Assembly: GCA_034430515.1 (NCBI GenBank)
Contig: DAOUEP010000027.1
Location: forward strand, 1-49,125
Origin: Dehalococcoidales bacterium
GTDB taxonomy: Bacteria > Chloroflexota > Dehalococcoidia > Dehalococcoidales > RBG-16-60-22
Length of the DNA stretch: 49,125 nucleotides
Direction: 5' to 3'
Under the pieces are notes generated by a model that was not told where the DNA came from, ran no database searches, and saw nothing but the letters and a program-made list of their open reading frames with translations. Below are positions 34,565 to 44,873 of the stretch, piece by piece (the first letter of the stretch is position 1; each line of letters begins with the position of its first letter). The translations under genes were made by a program, and so were the position numbers.

Positions 34565-35047
34565 CTACCCCGTCTCGCCGATGAAATTGACCGTGGCTGG
34601 CTTCTGCACCTTGAGGTCTTCCTCGAAGTAGGCGTCGCGGGTGCCGCCCTCGCCGACGAGCATGATTTCCAGCTGGATAATGGGCCTATCCACGCGGGTA
34701 ATCTCCAGCGGGCAGTGGGGGAAGCCCTCCGGCAGGTAGACGATGGTGGGGCTGGTGAAGACGTGCTTTTCCATCTCCTCGCCCAGGTAGATGACCACCT
34801 CCGCCCCGAAATCCTCCGGGTCGTTGGGGTTGCCGCCGTACCAGCAGAGCAGCTCGTGGAAGTTGTGGGTGTGGCAGGGGTTATCCGAGACGAACGGCCT
34901 GGTGACGAACTGGAGGCCCATCGACATATTAAAGCCGAGCTGGTCGTGGCGCGCCATCAGCCCGTCGAAGACGACCCGGCCGTCGTCGCCGGCGCATACC
35001 TGGATGTGGGGCGGGTGGGTCACGTATTTATCGTATTTCTTCGCCAT
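34565..35047 (-). CDS. Cupin-like hypothetical protein
   Basis: The HTHNFHE (HxHx3E) motif sits in a beta-rich 160-aa protein. Confidence 0.6.
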   Translation of the reverse strand: MAKKYDKYVTHPPHIQVCAGDDGRVVFDGLMARHDQLGFNMSMGLQFVTRPFVSDNPCHTHNFHELLCWYGGNPNDPEDFGAEVVIYLGEEMEKHVFTSPTIVYLPEGFPHCPLEITRVDRPIIQLEIMLVGEGGTRDAYFEEDLKVQKPATVNFIGETG

Positions 35048-35145
35048 GGGGGGCCTCCTGTAAGGTATTTTGCTAACGGGGCGCTAACGGGAGAATTCTA
35101 GTCTATCGGTTTCGCCGCTGTCAACGCGGCGCGGCGCCCGTCCGG

Positions 35146-35790
35146 CTACCCGTCCGGCGCTGAGTCGTCGGCGGGAGCCTCGGCCTGCTCGCGCTCGCGG
35201 AGCCAGCGCTTGAGCTCGTCGAGGGCGGGCGGGGCCACGTAGAATAGCTGGATATCCGGCGGGAAGTTAACCTGGTGTCCCTCCCGCATCAGCAGCAGGC
35301 CGATTTCGTCGGCCCCGAGCGTTTTGTCTATCCGGGCGGCCAGGTGCTCCGTCCGCTTCCGGGCGGCCTCCTGGTAGGCCTCGTAGACTTTGGTGACGAC
35401 CCTGGGGTTCTGCAGGCCGATGAGGAGGCAGCGGCTCCAGTCCATGAACTCGCTGAGGATGTCGGCGTCCTCCAGCGCCTCCAGCTGCGCCTTTTGCTGG
35501 CGGCAGGCCTGGACGAGATTGTGGCTGGCCTCGTTCAGCCCGGCGACGGTCTTATCTCCCTCGTCCCCGGCGACGGCCACCAGCTCGTGGTAGACGCGCT
35601 TGACCTCCCCCAGCTTGGCGGCCAGGTCGCTAATCTGGCCGTTTACCTGCTGCCAGTACCTGGCGAAGATGGCCAGGTATTCTTCCGGCGCGTCCTCGGT
35701 GCGGTAGATCAGGGGGACGAAAAGGAGCTTGCGCCCCTTTTTAAAGTCCGCCGCCGGCGGTTTTTCTATCTTTCCCAGTTCCTCGGGCAT
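35146..35790 (-). CDS. Hypothetical protein (214 aa, helical)
   Basis: It is a long ORF with host-like codon usage. I recognise no family. Confidence 0.6.
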   Translation of the reverse strand: MPEELGKIEKPPAADFKKGRKLLFVPLIYRTEDAPEEYLAIFARYWQQVNGQISDLAAKLGEVKRVYHELVAVAGDEGDKTVAGLNEASHNLVQACRQQKAQLEALEDADILSEFMDWSRCLLIGLQNPRVVTKVYEAYQEAARKRTEHLAARIDKTLGADEIGLLLMREGHQVNFPPDIQLFYVAPPALDELKRWLREREQAEAPADDSAPDG

Positions 35791-35838
35791 GGTTCCTCCA
35801 CCGTCCTTTCCCGGAAAGGCGTTTCGGGCCGGGCTGAG

Positions 35839-36024
35839 CTAGTGTATCTTGCGGGCGCAGCCGCGGCAGACGATGACCACCGGCGAGAAGCGGTTAAGAC
35901 GGGTCATCTCTTCCAGGGGCCTTTCCTGCTGGCACCACTGGCACCGGAAGGTAATGCTGTCGGTCGGGGTCTTTTTAGCGGCTGTCTTCGCCCTAGTCTT
36001 GGGCTTGGGCTTGGCTTCGGTCAT
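35839..36024 (-). CDS. Small zinc-ribbon protein with Lys-rich N-terminus
   Basis: The sequence is MTEAKPKPKTRAKTAAKK...CQWC...CRGC. Confidence 0.6.
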   Translation of the reverse strand: MTEAKPKPKTRAKTAAKKTPTDSITFRCQWCQQERPLEEMTRLNRFSPVVIVCRGCARKIH

Positions 36025-36038
36025 GGTATCTCCTCGCT

Positions 36039-37037
36039 TTATAGTGTCAGCGGCGCGCGCTTGTCCGGCGTTACCACCGCGCCGTCGATTTTCTCGTTTG
36101 GGGCGATACGGCCGCCGGAGCTGACGATGCAGTTATGCAGCCGGGCCCCTTCGGCCACGGTGACGCCGTCCCAGAGGATGGCGTTTTCCAGCCGGGCGTT
36201 CTGGCCGATGCGGCTGCCGGCGCCGATGACGACCGGCGCTTTGAGCGCCGCCGACGGGTGCACGACGACGTCCTCGCCGCGGATGATGCCGTCGCTATCT
36301 ATGTCCCCCAGCAGCGGGCTGCGGGTGCGGCCCGCCATCAGGTCAGCGTTGAGGGCGAAGTACTTGGCCGGGGTGCCCATGTCCAGCCAGTAGCCCCGGA
36401 AGGGATAGCCGTAGACGGGGCGGCCCATCTCCAACAGGGCGGGGAAAAGCCCCCGCTCGAACATATAGTGCCCCTCCGGGATGTAGCCGAGCACCTCCGG
36501 CTCCAGGATGTAAGTACCGGCGTTTATCCAGTGAGTGGTGGCCTCCTCGCGGGGCGGCTTCTCGATGAAGGCCCGGACGCGGTTATCATCGTCCGTCTCC
36601 ACCACGCCGAAGGCGCTGGGGTCTTCCACCCAGGTCAGCGAGATGCTGGCGGCGGCCTGGCGGGCGCGGTGGGTGGCCAGCATATCGGCCAGGTCGAGGT
36701 CGGTGAAGACATCACCGTTGAGGACGAAGAAGGTGCTCCCCAGGTGCGCCTCGGCGTTCTTGACCGCCCCGGCGGTGCCCCGCGGCGGCTCCTCCAGGCA
36801 GTAGGAAAGCCGCACGCCGAAGTCGCCCCCGTCGCCGAAATAGCCCCGGATGGCGTCGGGGAGGTAGCTCAACGTGAGGATAATGTCCTCGATGCCGAAG
36901 TGCCGCAGGCAGGCGATGGTGTGCTCCAGGAAGGGCCGGTTGAGCACCGGCACCATCGGCTTGGGACGCCCGTCGGTGAGCGGCTGGAGCCGCGTCCCCG
37001 GGCCGCCTACCAGAATCACCGCCGCCAGCTTTTGCAA
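36039..37037 (-). CDS. Sugar-1-phosphate nucleotidyltransferase (NDP-sugar pyrophosphorylase) with C-terminal left-handed beta-helix
   Basis: The sequence contains AVILVGGPGTRLQPLT..RPKPMVPV and hexapeptide repeats at the C-terminus. Confidence 0.85.
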   Translation of the reverse strand: MQKLAAVILVGGPGTRLQPLTDGRPKPMVPVLNRPFLEHTIACLRHFGIEDIILTLSYLPDAIRGYFGDGGDFGVRLSYCLEEPPRGTAGAVKNAEAHLGSTFFVLNGDVFTDLDLADMLATHRARQAAASISLTWVEDPSAFGVVETDDDNRVRAFIEKPPREEATTHWINAGTYILEPEVLGYIPEGHYMFERGLFPALLEMGRPVYGYPFRGYWLDMGTPAKYFALNADLMAGRTRSPLLGDIDSDGIIRGEDVVVHPSAALKAPVVIGAGSRIGQNARLENAILWDGVTVAEGARLHNCIVSSGGRIAPNEKIDGAVVTPDKRAPLTL

Positions 37038-37103
37038 AAGTGCCTCCCTTTCACGCCGTTATCAGGTTTCGGGACTTGCTTCCGGATTGATTATAGCATC
37101 AGT

Positions 37104-38117
37104 TCAGGCCAGGACGAAACTGAGGTAGGTGCTGGCCAGAAAGAGGACGATAAGGCTTAAGTTGCACCAGTTGAGGCGCAGGAACCGCCGCGGCCGGAGA
37201 TGCAGCCCCACCAGAAAGACGATGGTCATCAGGGCGACGGCCCCCGCCGTGACGGCGTTGCCCTCGGAGACCTCCGCCAGGATAGGGCCGCGGGTGTAAA
37301 TCAGGTCGATGACGGGGATTATCGTCAGGTTGAAGAGGTTAGAGCCGATGAGGTTGGCCACGGCCATATCGGTAGCCCCGATGCGCATGGCCGTGAAGGA
37401 AACGGTTATCTCTGGCAGGGTGGTGGTGAAGGCCAGAAAGAGGCTCCCCACGAAGCTCTGCCCCCAGCCGGTGGCCGCCGCCAGGTCGTTGCCGATGGTG
37501 GCCAGCCAGATGCCGGCGCCGATGATGAACGCCGCCGAGATGGCAAAATAGATGTAGACCCGCCGCATGGGCGTGTCTTCCGGGTAGAGGCTGATTGCCT
37601 CTTCTTTCGGCTGCTTCTTATCGAACTTGAAGATACGCCAGACCGCCACCACGTAAAAGACGATGATGATGGGGGTGTACCAGCCTATCCAGCCCAGCGC
37701 CATCGCCGAGAAGTGGGTGCTGATGAAGATGAAAAGGCCCACCAGCACCACCAGCCCCAGGCTGAACCAGGCGGTGGGCCGGTGCGCCGGGCTGGCCTGC
37801 GAGATGATGGAGCCGTTACGGTGGGCGATGTCCAGCGCCGCCAGGTTGAAGAGATTGAAGGCGTTGGCCCCGATGAGGTCGCCCACGGTGAGATTGGGGG
37901 CGCTGATCAAAGTGACGGAGCTGATGCCGGTAAAAAGCTCGGGGAGGGAGGTGATGATGGAGATGGCGATGACACCCATCCACACCTGGCCGATGCCGGT
38001 GCGGTCGGCGATGATATCCCCGTACCTGGCGACGTTGCGTCCGGCAACCAGAATGACCAGTATGCAGACGACCAGCTTCAGCCAGACCAGATACGCATCC
38101 ATCATACCGTTACCCAT
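37104..38117 (-). CDS. Ca2+/cation antiporter (CaCA, YrbG-like) family protein
   Basis: It has two alpha-repeat regions (GISSVTLISAPNLTVGDLIGANAFNL and GATDMAVANLIGSNLFNL) and about 10 TM helices. Confidence 0.82.
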   Translation of the reverse strand: MGNGMMDAYLVWLKLVVCILVILVAGRNVARYGDIIADRTGIGQVWMGVIAISIITSLPELFTGISSVTLISAPNLTVGDLIGANAFNLFNLAALDIAHRNGSIISQASPAHRPTAWFSLGLVVLVGLFIFISTHFSAMALGWIGWYTPIIIVFYVVAVWRIFKFDKKQPKEEAISLYPEDTPMRRVYIYFAISAAFIIGAGIWLATIGNDLAAATGWGQSFVGSLFLAFTTTLPEITVSFTAMRIGATDMAVANLIGSNLFNLTIIPVIDLIYTRGPILAEVSEGNAVTAGAVALMTIVFLVGLHLRPRRFLRLNWCNLSLIVLFLASTYLSFVLA

Positions 38118-38218
38118 ACTTTAAGATGGCGGCCCGGTAATGTCAATATTTGCGGGCGGCGTGCCATACCTGATACAATAGATTGCCGGTTCGTGGTCCG
38201 GGCCGGCGTGCTTTGACT

Positions 38219-39574
38219 ATGGAACTGAGCCAAATTCTGGCCATCATCATCTTCGCCGTAATGCTCGGCGTTATCATCAGCGATAAAATCCCCCGCTATA
38301 TCCCGGCGCTCATCGGCGGCGCGCTGATGATATTCGTCGTCTTCCTGGGGGTGATGCGGAGCGCCGACTCGGTCTGGCACGTCCTCAACCTGGCCCAGCT
38401 GGGCGAGGCCGTCTTCTGGTTCCCCGGCAGCCAGCACGTGGAGTCCTACGGCGTCAACTGGCAGACCATCATCTTCATCGGCGGGATGATGATAATGGTG
38501 GCCGGCATGGAGCGGGTGGGCTTTTTCCGCTGGATTTGCCTCTTCGCGGCGCGCCTGGTGGGCTGCCGGGTCATTCCGCTGCTGATTGCCTTCATGCTCA
38601 TCTCCGGCTTTCTCTCCATGTTCATCGATTCCATCACGGTGCTCCTCTTCCTGAGCATGGTGACCATCGAGCTGGCGCGGCTGCTCAAGTTCGACCCGGT
38701 GCCGGTCATCGTCGCCGAGATATTCGCCGCCAATACCGGCGGCGCCGCTACCATGAGCGGCGACCCCCCCAATATCATCATCGGCACCGCGCTGGGCTAT
38801 AATTTCTTCGATTTCGCCGCCAATACCGGCGTCATCGCCTGGGCAGGTATGGTCTTTATCATCGGCTATTTCTACTTCATCTTCCGCCGCAGCCTCAAGC
38901 AGGATACAACCCCCGCCGAAATCATGCAGGTCTGCCCGGTGCCCTCCGCCGCCATCACCAACCGCCGCCTCTTCTACATCGTCAGCGGCCTCTTTTTGGT
39001 CATCGTCGTCCTCATCGTCACCCACGCCGAGTCGGGCCTCTCGGTGGCCAGCATCGGCGTCATCGCCGCCATCCTGACGCTGCTGGTGGATTTAAAGAGC
39101 GCCAGGGAGGTCTTCAGGGGCGTCAACTGGCAAACACTGGTCTTTTTCCTGGGGCTTTTCGTGGCCGTGGGCGGGCTGGAGGAGACCGGCATCCTGGAGA
39201 TGATTGCCAAATTCATCGGCGACGCCTCCGGCGGCAACATCACCGTGGCCATACCCTTTATCCTGTGGATATCGGCCTTCGCCTCGGCGGTGGTGGATAA
39301 TATCCCCTTCGCCGCCACTATGGTGCCCGTCATTAAAGATTTAGCCCTGGTCGGCGGGATGAGCCTGCCGACGCTCGCCTGGACGCTGGCCCTGGGCACC
39401 GACCTCGGCGGCAACGCCACCCCCATCGGCGCCTCCGCCAACGTGGTGGGCACCTCAATTTCCGCCAAGGAGGGCTATCCCATCAGCTGGGGGCGGTTCA
39501 TCAAGTTAGCCCTGCCGCCGATGATCATCGTGGTGGCCATTTCCCACCTCCTCCTCGTCCTGCGCTACGCCTAA
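38219..39574 (+). CDS. ArsB/NhaD-superfamily (citrate-transporter-like) permease
   Basis: It is polytopic with duplicated halves, and its N-terminus MELSQILAIIIFAVMLGVII is typical of the family. I chose the ATG at 38219. Confidence 0.78.
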   Translation: MELSQILAIIIFAVMLGVIISDKIPRYIPALIGGALMIFVVFLGVMRSADSVWHVLNLAQLGEAVFWFPGSQHVESYGVNWQTIIFIGGMMIMVAGMERVGFFRWICLFAARLVGCRVIPLLIAFMLISGFLSMFIDSITVLLFLSMVTIELARLLKFDPVPVIVAEIFAANTGGAATMSGDPPNIIIGTALGYNFFDFAANTGVIAWAGMVFIIGYFYFIFRRSLKQDTTPAEIMQVCPVPSAAITNRRLFYIVSGLFLVIVVLIVTHAESGLSVASIGVIAAILTLLVDLKSAREVFRGVNWQTLVFFLGLFVAVGGLEETGILEMIAKFIGDASGGNITVAIPFILWISAFASAVVDNIPFAATMVPVIKDLALVGGMSLPTLAWTLALGTDLGGNATPIGASANVVGTSISAKEGYPISWGRFIKLALPPMIIVVAISHLLLVLRYA

Positions 39575-39598
39575 ACCGCGTTAAAACTCCCCGGCAGG

Positions 39599-39628
39599 TT
39601 GTCAGATACGGAGATTTTATAGTAAAAT
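39599..39628 (+). promoter_or_regulatory. Promoter upstream of tRNA-Arg (and probably the por operon)
   Basis: TTGTCA, an 18-nt spacer, then TAAAAT, ending 9 nt before the tRNA. Confidence 0.6.
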
Positions 39629-39637
39629 TTAATGATT

Positions 39638-39710
39638 GCCCCTGTAGCTCAGGTGGATAGAGCACCGGCCTCCGGAGCCGGGCGCGAGCGTTCAAGTCGC
39701 TCCAGGGGCG
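39638..39710 (+). tRNA. tRNA-Arg (anticodon CCG), no encoded CCA
   Basis: The sequence is GCCCCTGTAGCTCAGGTGGATAGAGC ACCGGCCTCCGGAGCCGG ... GAGCGTTCAAGTCGCTCCAGGGGCG. Confidence 0.9.
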
Positions 39711-39731
39711 TTTTTAGTTACGGAGACAAAG

Positions 39732-40304
39732 ATGACGAAAGCAAAAAGCCTTATAGAAATCCGCTGGCACGGGCGGGGCGGCCAGGGGGCGGTTACCTCG
39801 GCGGAGATTCTGGCCCAGGGGGCCATCGGCGAGGGCAAGTTCGCCCAGGCCTTCCCCTCTTTCGGGCCGGAGCGCCGCGGGGCGCCGGTGCAGGCCTTTA
39901 ACCGCGTGGACAGCGCTTCTCCGGTGCGCATCCGGGCCGATGTCACCGACCCGGACGTCGTCGTCGTCCTCGACCCCTCGCTGCTCGATAAGGTCAACGT
40001 TACCTCCGGGCTGAAGCGGGACGGGCTGGTGGTCATCAACACCCGCAAGACGGCGGCTGAAATCAAGAGCGAGTTCGGCATCAAGCACCCGGTGGCCACC
40101 GTCAACGCCGCCAAGATCGCCCGCGAGAAGCTGGGCGTGCCCATCGTCAACACCACCATGCTCGGCGCCGTCATCAAGGCCACCGGGATTATCGACAGAA
40201 AATCCGCTTACGCCCCGCTGGAAAAGCGTTTCGGCCGGCTGGGCGAGCGCAATATCAACGCCATGGAAACGGCCTACGCCGAAGTTGCGATTGAGGAGCG
40301 ATAA
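39732..40304 (+). CDS. porG: Pyruvate:ferredoxin oxidoreductase gamma subunit
   Basis: The sequence reads IRWHGRGGQGAVTSAEILA..A...GK.AQAFPSFGPERRGAP. Confidence 0.92.
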   Translation: MTKAKSLIEIRWHGRGGQGAVTSAEILAQGAIGEGKFAQAFPSFGPERRGAPVQAFNRVDSASPVRIRADVTDPDVVVVLDPSLLDKVNVTSGLKRDGLVVINTRKTAAEIKSEFGIKHPVATVNAAKIAREKLGVPIVNTTMLGAVIKATGIIDRKSAYAPLEKRFGRLGERNINAMETAYAEVAIEER

Positions 40305-40598
40305 ATGGCCAAGTCCGATAACGAGCTTACCTGGAAAGACCTGGAGATTGGCGGCATCGTCGTCGCCCCGGGCAGCGCCAGCCAGTACGAGAGCGGCACC
40401 TGGCGCTCGCAGCGGCCCACCTACGACTTTAAGAAATGCATCAAGTGCGGCATCTGCGCCCTTTTCTGCCCCGAAGGCTGCATCGGCCCCAACGAGGAGG
40501 GCCATTTTGAGGCCAACCTCTTTTACTGCAAGGGCTGCGGCATCTGCGCCCGCGAGTGCTGGCCCAGGGTGATAACGATGGTCGAGGAGGTGGAATAA
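40305..40598 (+). CDS. porD: Pyruvate:ferredoxin oxidoreductase delta subunit (2x[4Fe-4S])
   Basis: The sequence contains CIKCGICALFCPEG and CKGCGICARECW. Confidence 0.92.
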   Translation: MAKSDNELTWKDLEIGGIVVAPGSASQYESGTWRSQRPTYDFKKCIKCGICALFCPEGCIGPNEEGHFEANLFYCKGCGICARECWPRVITMVEEVE

Positions 40599-41773
40599 TG
40601 ACGACGCGAGTAGGCATTGAGGTCTCCATCGCCCTGGCCGACGCCGTCAAGCTGGCCAACCCCGACGTCGTCGCCGCCTACCCCATTACCCCCCAGACCC
40701 ATATCGTCGAGCACCTGGCCGACCTGGTGGCCAACGGCGAGCTCGATGCCGAGTACATCCCGGTGGAGTCCGAGCACTCGGCGATGAGCGCCTGCCTGGG
40801 CTCGGCGGCCGCCGGGGCGCGCACCTTTACCGCCACCGCCAGCCAGGGGCTGGCCCTGATGAACGAGGTGGTCTACGTCGCCCCGGCCATGCGGCTGCCC
40901 ATCGTCATGGCCGTGGCCAACCGCGCCCTCTCCTCGCCGCTGAGCATCTGGTGCGACCACTCCGACATGATGTCCGTCCGGGACACCGGCTGGGTACAGA
41001 TAATCTCCGAGAACGGCCAGCAGGCCGTGGACAACACCATCTGCGCCTTCCGCATCGCCGAAGACCGGCGCGTGCTGCTGCCGGTGATGGTGCACCTCGA
41101 CGGCTTCAGCCTGACCCACGTTATCGAGCCGATTACCTTCCCCGCGCAGGAAGAGGTGGACAAATTCCTGCCCCGCAACAATTTCCCCCTGCCCCTCGAC
41201 CCCGACAATCCGGTGGCCATGGGCGACTTCGCCCCGCCGTTTATCTTCACCGAGATGAAATGGGCGCAGGAGATGGCCCTCCGCGATTCCAAAAAGGTCG
41301 TTCTGGAGGTCTGGGACGAGTTCGCCAGGACCTTCGGGCGGGCCTACCACCCGGTGGAGAAGTACCACAGCGACGGGGCCAAAGTAGTCCTGATGACCAT
41401 GGGCAGCGTCGGCGAGACGGCCTCCGTCGCCATTGACGAGATGCGCGCCGAAGGCCAGAACGTCGGCCAGGTAAGGCTGCGCCTCTGGCGGCCCTTCCCC
41501 TTTGAAGAATTGCGCCAGGCGCTGGCGGGCGCCGAGGTAATCATCGTCCTCGACCGCGCCATCTCCTTCGGCGGCCCCGGCGGGCCGCTGGCCTCCGAGG
41601 TCAAGGCCGCCCTCTACGACCAGCCCGATAAGCCCAAGATTGTCAGCTTCGTGGGGGCGCTCGGCGGGCGGGATATTACCGTCAGCGGCTTTAAGGAGAT
41701 AATCAACCAGGGCATCGAGATTGCCCGCACCGGCAGCGCCCGCGAATACGAGATATACGGGGTGAGGGAATAA
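40598..41773 (+). CDS. porA: Pyruvate:ferredoxin oxidoreductase alpha subunit
   Basis: The sequence contains AAYPITPQTHIVE and ESEHSAMSAC. The ATG overlaps the porD TAA (TAATG). Confidence 0.92.
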   Translation: MTTRVGIEVSIALADAVKLANPDVVAAYPITPQTHIVEHLADLVANGELDAEYIPVESEHSAMSACLGSAAAGARTFTATASQGLALMNEVVYVAPAMRLPIVMAVANRALSSPLSIWCDHSDMMSVRDTGWVQIISENGQQAVDNTICAFRIAEDRRVLLPVMVHLDGFSLTHVIEPITFPAQEEVDKFLPRNNFPLPLDPDNPVAMGDFAPPFIFTEMKWAQEMALRDSKKVVLEVWDEFARTFGRAYHPVEKYHSDGAKVVLMTMGSVGETASVAIDEMRAEGQNVGQVRLRLWRPFPFEELRQALAGAEVIIVLDRAISFGGPGGPLASEVKAALYDQPDKPKIVSFVGALGGRDITVSGFKEIINQGIEIARTGSAREYEIYGVRE

Positions 41774-42723
41774 TGGAAAAATACGCCGTTTACGTACCCA
41801 GGCTGATACCCAAGAAAGAGAATCTCGCCCCGGGGCACCGCGCCTGCATCGGCTGCGGCGAGGCCCTGGCGCTGCGGCAGGCGTTCAAGGCCATCGGCAA
41901 TAACGTTATCGTCGTCAACGCCACCGGCTGCATGGAAATTTTCACCTCGCAGCTGCCGCTCACTTCCTGGCGGCTCCCCTGGATACATACCCTGTTCGAG
42001 AACGCCGCGGCGGTGGCCTCCGGCATCGAGGCGGGCTACAAGGCAATGCGGCGCAAGGGCGTGCCGTTGCCGGAGAACACCAAGGTGGTCGCCATCGGCG
42101 GCGACGGCGCCACCAGCGATATCGGCCTGCAGGCTATTTCCGGGGCGCTGGAGCGGGGGCACGATTTTACCTATATCTGCTTCGATAACGAGGCCTACAT
42201 GAACACCGGCATCCAGCGCTCGTCGGCCACGCCCTTCGGGGCGGTTACCACCACCTCGCCGGCCGGGAAAAAGAGCTTCGGCCAGTTCAGCTGGAAGAAG
42301 AACATGCCGGAGATTGCCGCCGCCCACAACATCCCCTACGTGGCCACCGCCACCCACGGCTACCCCTTCGACCTGATGGCCAAGGTCAAGCGGGCGGTCA
42401 ACACGCCCGGGCCGACTTACGTCCATATCCTCGCGGTCTGCCCCACCGGCTGGCGCAGCGCCACCGATACCGTCAACCGCCAGTCGCGCCTGGCCGTGGA
42501 GACCGGGATCTTCCCCCTCTACGAGGTAATCGACGGTGAATATAAGATGAGCCTGGATTTGCCCCGGCTGCGGCCGGTACAGGACTACCTCAAGGGGCAG
42601 GGGCGGTTCCGCCACCTCAGCGACGACCTCATCGCCCAGATACAGCGGCGGGTGAAACTGGAATATAAAAAGCTAACGGAGAAGGCGAAAGATGGCACCG
42701 GAAGAGCAAAAAGCAAAGGTTAA
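41773..42723 (+). CDS. porB: Pyruvate:ferredoxin oxidoreductase beta subunit (TPP-binding)
   Basis: The sequence contains CIGCGEALA and GGDGATSDIGLQA. The start overlaps the porA stop. Confidence 0.92.
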   Translation: MEKYAVYVPRLIPKKENLAPGHRACIGCGEALALRQAFKAIGNNVIVVNATGCMEIFTSQLPLTSWRLPWIHTLFENAAAVASGIEAGYKAMRRKGVPLPENTKVVAIGGDGATSDIGLQAISGALERGHDFTYICFDNEAYMNTGIQRSSATPFGAVTTTSPAGKKSFGQFSWKKNMPEIAAAHNIPYVATATHGYPFDLMAKVKRAVNTPGPTYVHILAVCPTGWRSATDTVNRQSRLAVETGIFPLYEVIDGEYKMSLDLPRLRPVQDYLKGQGRFRHLSDDLIAQIQRRVKLEYKKLTEKAKDGTGRAKSKG

Positions 42724-43156
42724 TCAGGTACTCAAGAAGCATCAGCGCGATAAGGCCCGGCTGGTGGACATCCTCCAGGATATCCAGGCGGCCATCGGCT
42801 ACCTGCCCCAGAAGGCGCTGGAAGAGGCCAGCCGGGGGCTGGACGTGCCGCTGAGCCGCGTCTATAGCGTGGCCACCTTCTTCAAGGCCTTCAGCCTGAC
42901 GCCGCGGGGGCGATACCTCATCAACGTCTGCATGGGGACGGCCTGCCACGTGCGCGGCGCCGACAAGGTGCTGGAGAGCATCGAGAAGGAGCTCAGAATC
43001 AAGACCGGCCAGACCACCAAAGACTTACGCTTCACCCTGGAGACGGTCAACTGCGTGGGCGCCTGCGCCCTGGGGCCGATGGTCATCGTCGGCGAAGATT
43101 ATCACGGCGAGATGACGCCGGAGGGCGTTACCGCCGTGCTCAAGGAATATAACTAA
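42692..43156 (+). CDS. NuoE/HydC-like thioredoxin-fold [2Fe-2S] subunit
   Basis: The sequence contains VCMGTACHVRG and NCVGACALGP. Confidence 0.88.
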   Translation: MAPEEQKAKVNQVLKKHQRDKARLVDILQDIQAAIGYLPQKALEEASRGLDVPLSRVYSVATFFKAFSLTPRGRYLINVCMGTACHVRGADKVLESIEKELRIKTGQTTKDLRFTLETVNCVGACALGPMVIVGEDYHGEMTPEGVTAVLKEYN

Positions 43157-43174
43157 GAGCGGAGGGAGTCACTA

Positions 43175-44866
43175 GTGACGAAACTGAAATCCGCAGGTGA
43201 ACTGGAGACCCTGAGAAAGCAAATAACCGGGAAGCGCGACCCCAACAAGGCCGTCGTCACCGTCTGCAACGGGACGGGCTGCCACGCCCACGGCTGCCTG
43301 GCCGTTACCGCCGCCTTTCGGGACGAAATCGCCAAAAAGAAGCTGACCGCCAAAGTGGACGTGCGCGCCACCGGCTGCCACGGCTTCTGCGAGCGGGGGC
43401 CGCTGGTGGTCATCCAGCCGCAGGGCATCTTCTACCAGCGCGTCCGCGTCAAGGACGTGCCGGAAATCCTCAGCGAGACAGTCGCCAGGGGCAACCCCGT
43501 CGAGCGGCTGCTCTATACGGACAGGGCCTCCGGCCGGAAGATTACCCAGGAGCACGACGTCCCCTTCTACAAGCTCCAGAAGCGCCTCGTCTTCGGCAAT
43601 AACGGCGCTATTGACCCCACCTCCATCGAGGACTACATCGCCGTCGGCGGCTACGCCGCCCTGGCCAAGGCCCTCGGCATGAAGCCGGAGGCCATCATCG
43701 CCGAGGTCAAGAAGGCCGGCCTGCGCGGGCGCGGCGGCGGCGGTTTCCCCACCGCCGACAAGTGGCGGAGCACCCGCGACGCCGCGGGCGACATCAAATA
43801 CGTCATCTGCAACGCCGACGAGGGCGACCCCGGCGCCTACATGGACAGGAGCCTGGCCGAGGGCAACCCCCACAGCTTTCTGGAGGGGATGATTATCGGG
43901 GCCTACGCCATCGGCGCCCACGAGGGCTACGTCTACATCCGCAACGAGTACCCCTTGGCGGTGCGCCACGTGGCCGCCGCCATCGAGGCCGCCGAGAAGC
44001 TGGGGCTGCTGGGCCAGAATATTTTAGGCTCCGGCTTCGATTTCAGCATCCGCATCCAGCGCGGCGGCGGCGCCTTTATCTGCGGCGAGTCCACCGCCCT
44101 GATGGCCTCGCTGGAGGGCAAGGTCGGCGAGCCGCGCGCCAAGTACATCCACACCTCGGAGCAGGGACTCTGGGGGCGGCCGACCAACCTCAACAATGTG
44201 GAGACCTGGGCCAACGTGCCCATCATTATCAATAACGGCGCCGACTGGTACGCCAAAATCGGTACCGCGGGCAGCAAGGGCACCAAGATATTCTCGCTGG
44301 TGGGCAACATCGTCAATACCGGCCTGGTCGAGGTGCCCATGGGCATCACCCTGCGCGAAATCATCTTCGACCTGGGCGGGGGCATCCCCAAGGGGCGCGC
44401 CTTCAAGGCCGTCCAGACGGGCGGGCCCTCCGGCGGCGTCATCCCCGAGAGCCTGCTCGACCTGACGGTAGACTTCGACGAGCTGACCAAGGCCGGCTCG
44501 ATGATGGGCTCCGGCGGCATGATTGTCATGGACGACAAGGCCTGCATGGTGGACGTCGCCAAGTACTTCGTCACCTTCCTGGAGGGCGAGTCCTGCGGCA
44601 AGTGCCTGCCCTGCCGCGAGGGACTCCAGCAGATGAAGGCCATCCTCACCCGCATTACCGAAGGCAAGGGCAAGCCCGGCGACCTGGCGCTGCTGGAGGA
44701 GCTGGCCGCCACGCTGCAGGCCGCCTCGCTCTGCGCCCTGGGCCAGCAGGCCCCCAACCCGGTCCTGAGCACACTGCGCCACTTCCGCGCCGAGTACGAG
44801 GCGCACATCAAGAATAAAAAGTGCCCCGCCGGCGTCTGCAAGCTGGGGGCGGCCAAAAAGAAGTAA
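43175..44866 (+). CDS. NuoF/HydB-like NAD(P)H-binding FMN flavoprotein with N-terminal [2Fe-2S] domain
   Basis: The sequence contains [31 protein letters not shown] and [12 protein letters not shown]. The N-terminus carries [11 protein letters not shown]...[10 protein letters not shown]. Confidence 0.9.
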   Translation: MTKLKSAGELETLRKQITGKRDPNKAVVTVCNGTGCHAHGCLAVTAAFRDEIAKKKLTAKVDVRATGCHGFCERGPLVVIQPQGIFYQRVRVKDVPEILSETVARGNPVERLLYTDRASGRKITQEHDVPFYKLQKRLVFGNNGAIDPTSIEDYIAVGGYAALAKALGMKPEAIIAEVKKAGLRGRGGGGFPTADKWRSTRDAAGDIKYVICNADEGDPGAYMDRSLAEGNPHSFLEGMIIGAYAIGAHEGYVYIRNEYPLAVRHVAAAIEAAEKLGLLGQNILGSGFDFSIRIQRGGGAFICGESTALMASLEGKVGEPRAKYIHTSEQGLWGRPTNLNNVETWANVPIIINNGADWYAKIGTAGSKGTKIFSLVGNIVNTGLVEVPMGITLREIIFDLGGGIPKGRAFKAVQTGGPSGGVIPESLLDLTVDFDELTKAGSMMGSGGMIVMDDKACMVDVAKYFVTFLEGESCGKCLPCREGLQQMKAILTRITEGKGKPGDLALLEELAATLQAASLCALGQQAPNPVLSTLRHFRAEYEAHIKNKKCPAGVCKLGAAKKK

Positions 44867-44873
44867 GGATGCG

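Noticed and set aside
39632-39901. 89-aa ORF and other ORFs (39692-40183, 39714-40505) around 39.6-40.5 kb.
   Set aside because: The first runs straight through tRNA-Arg. The others are antisense to porG and porD, which have unmistakable PFOR motifs.
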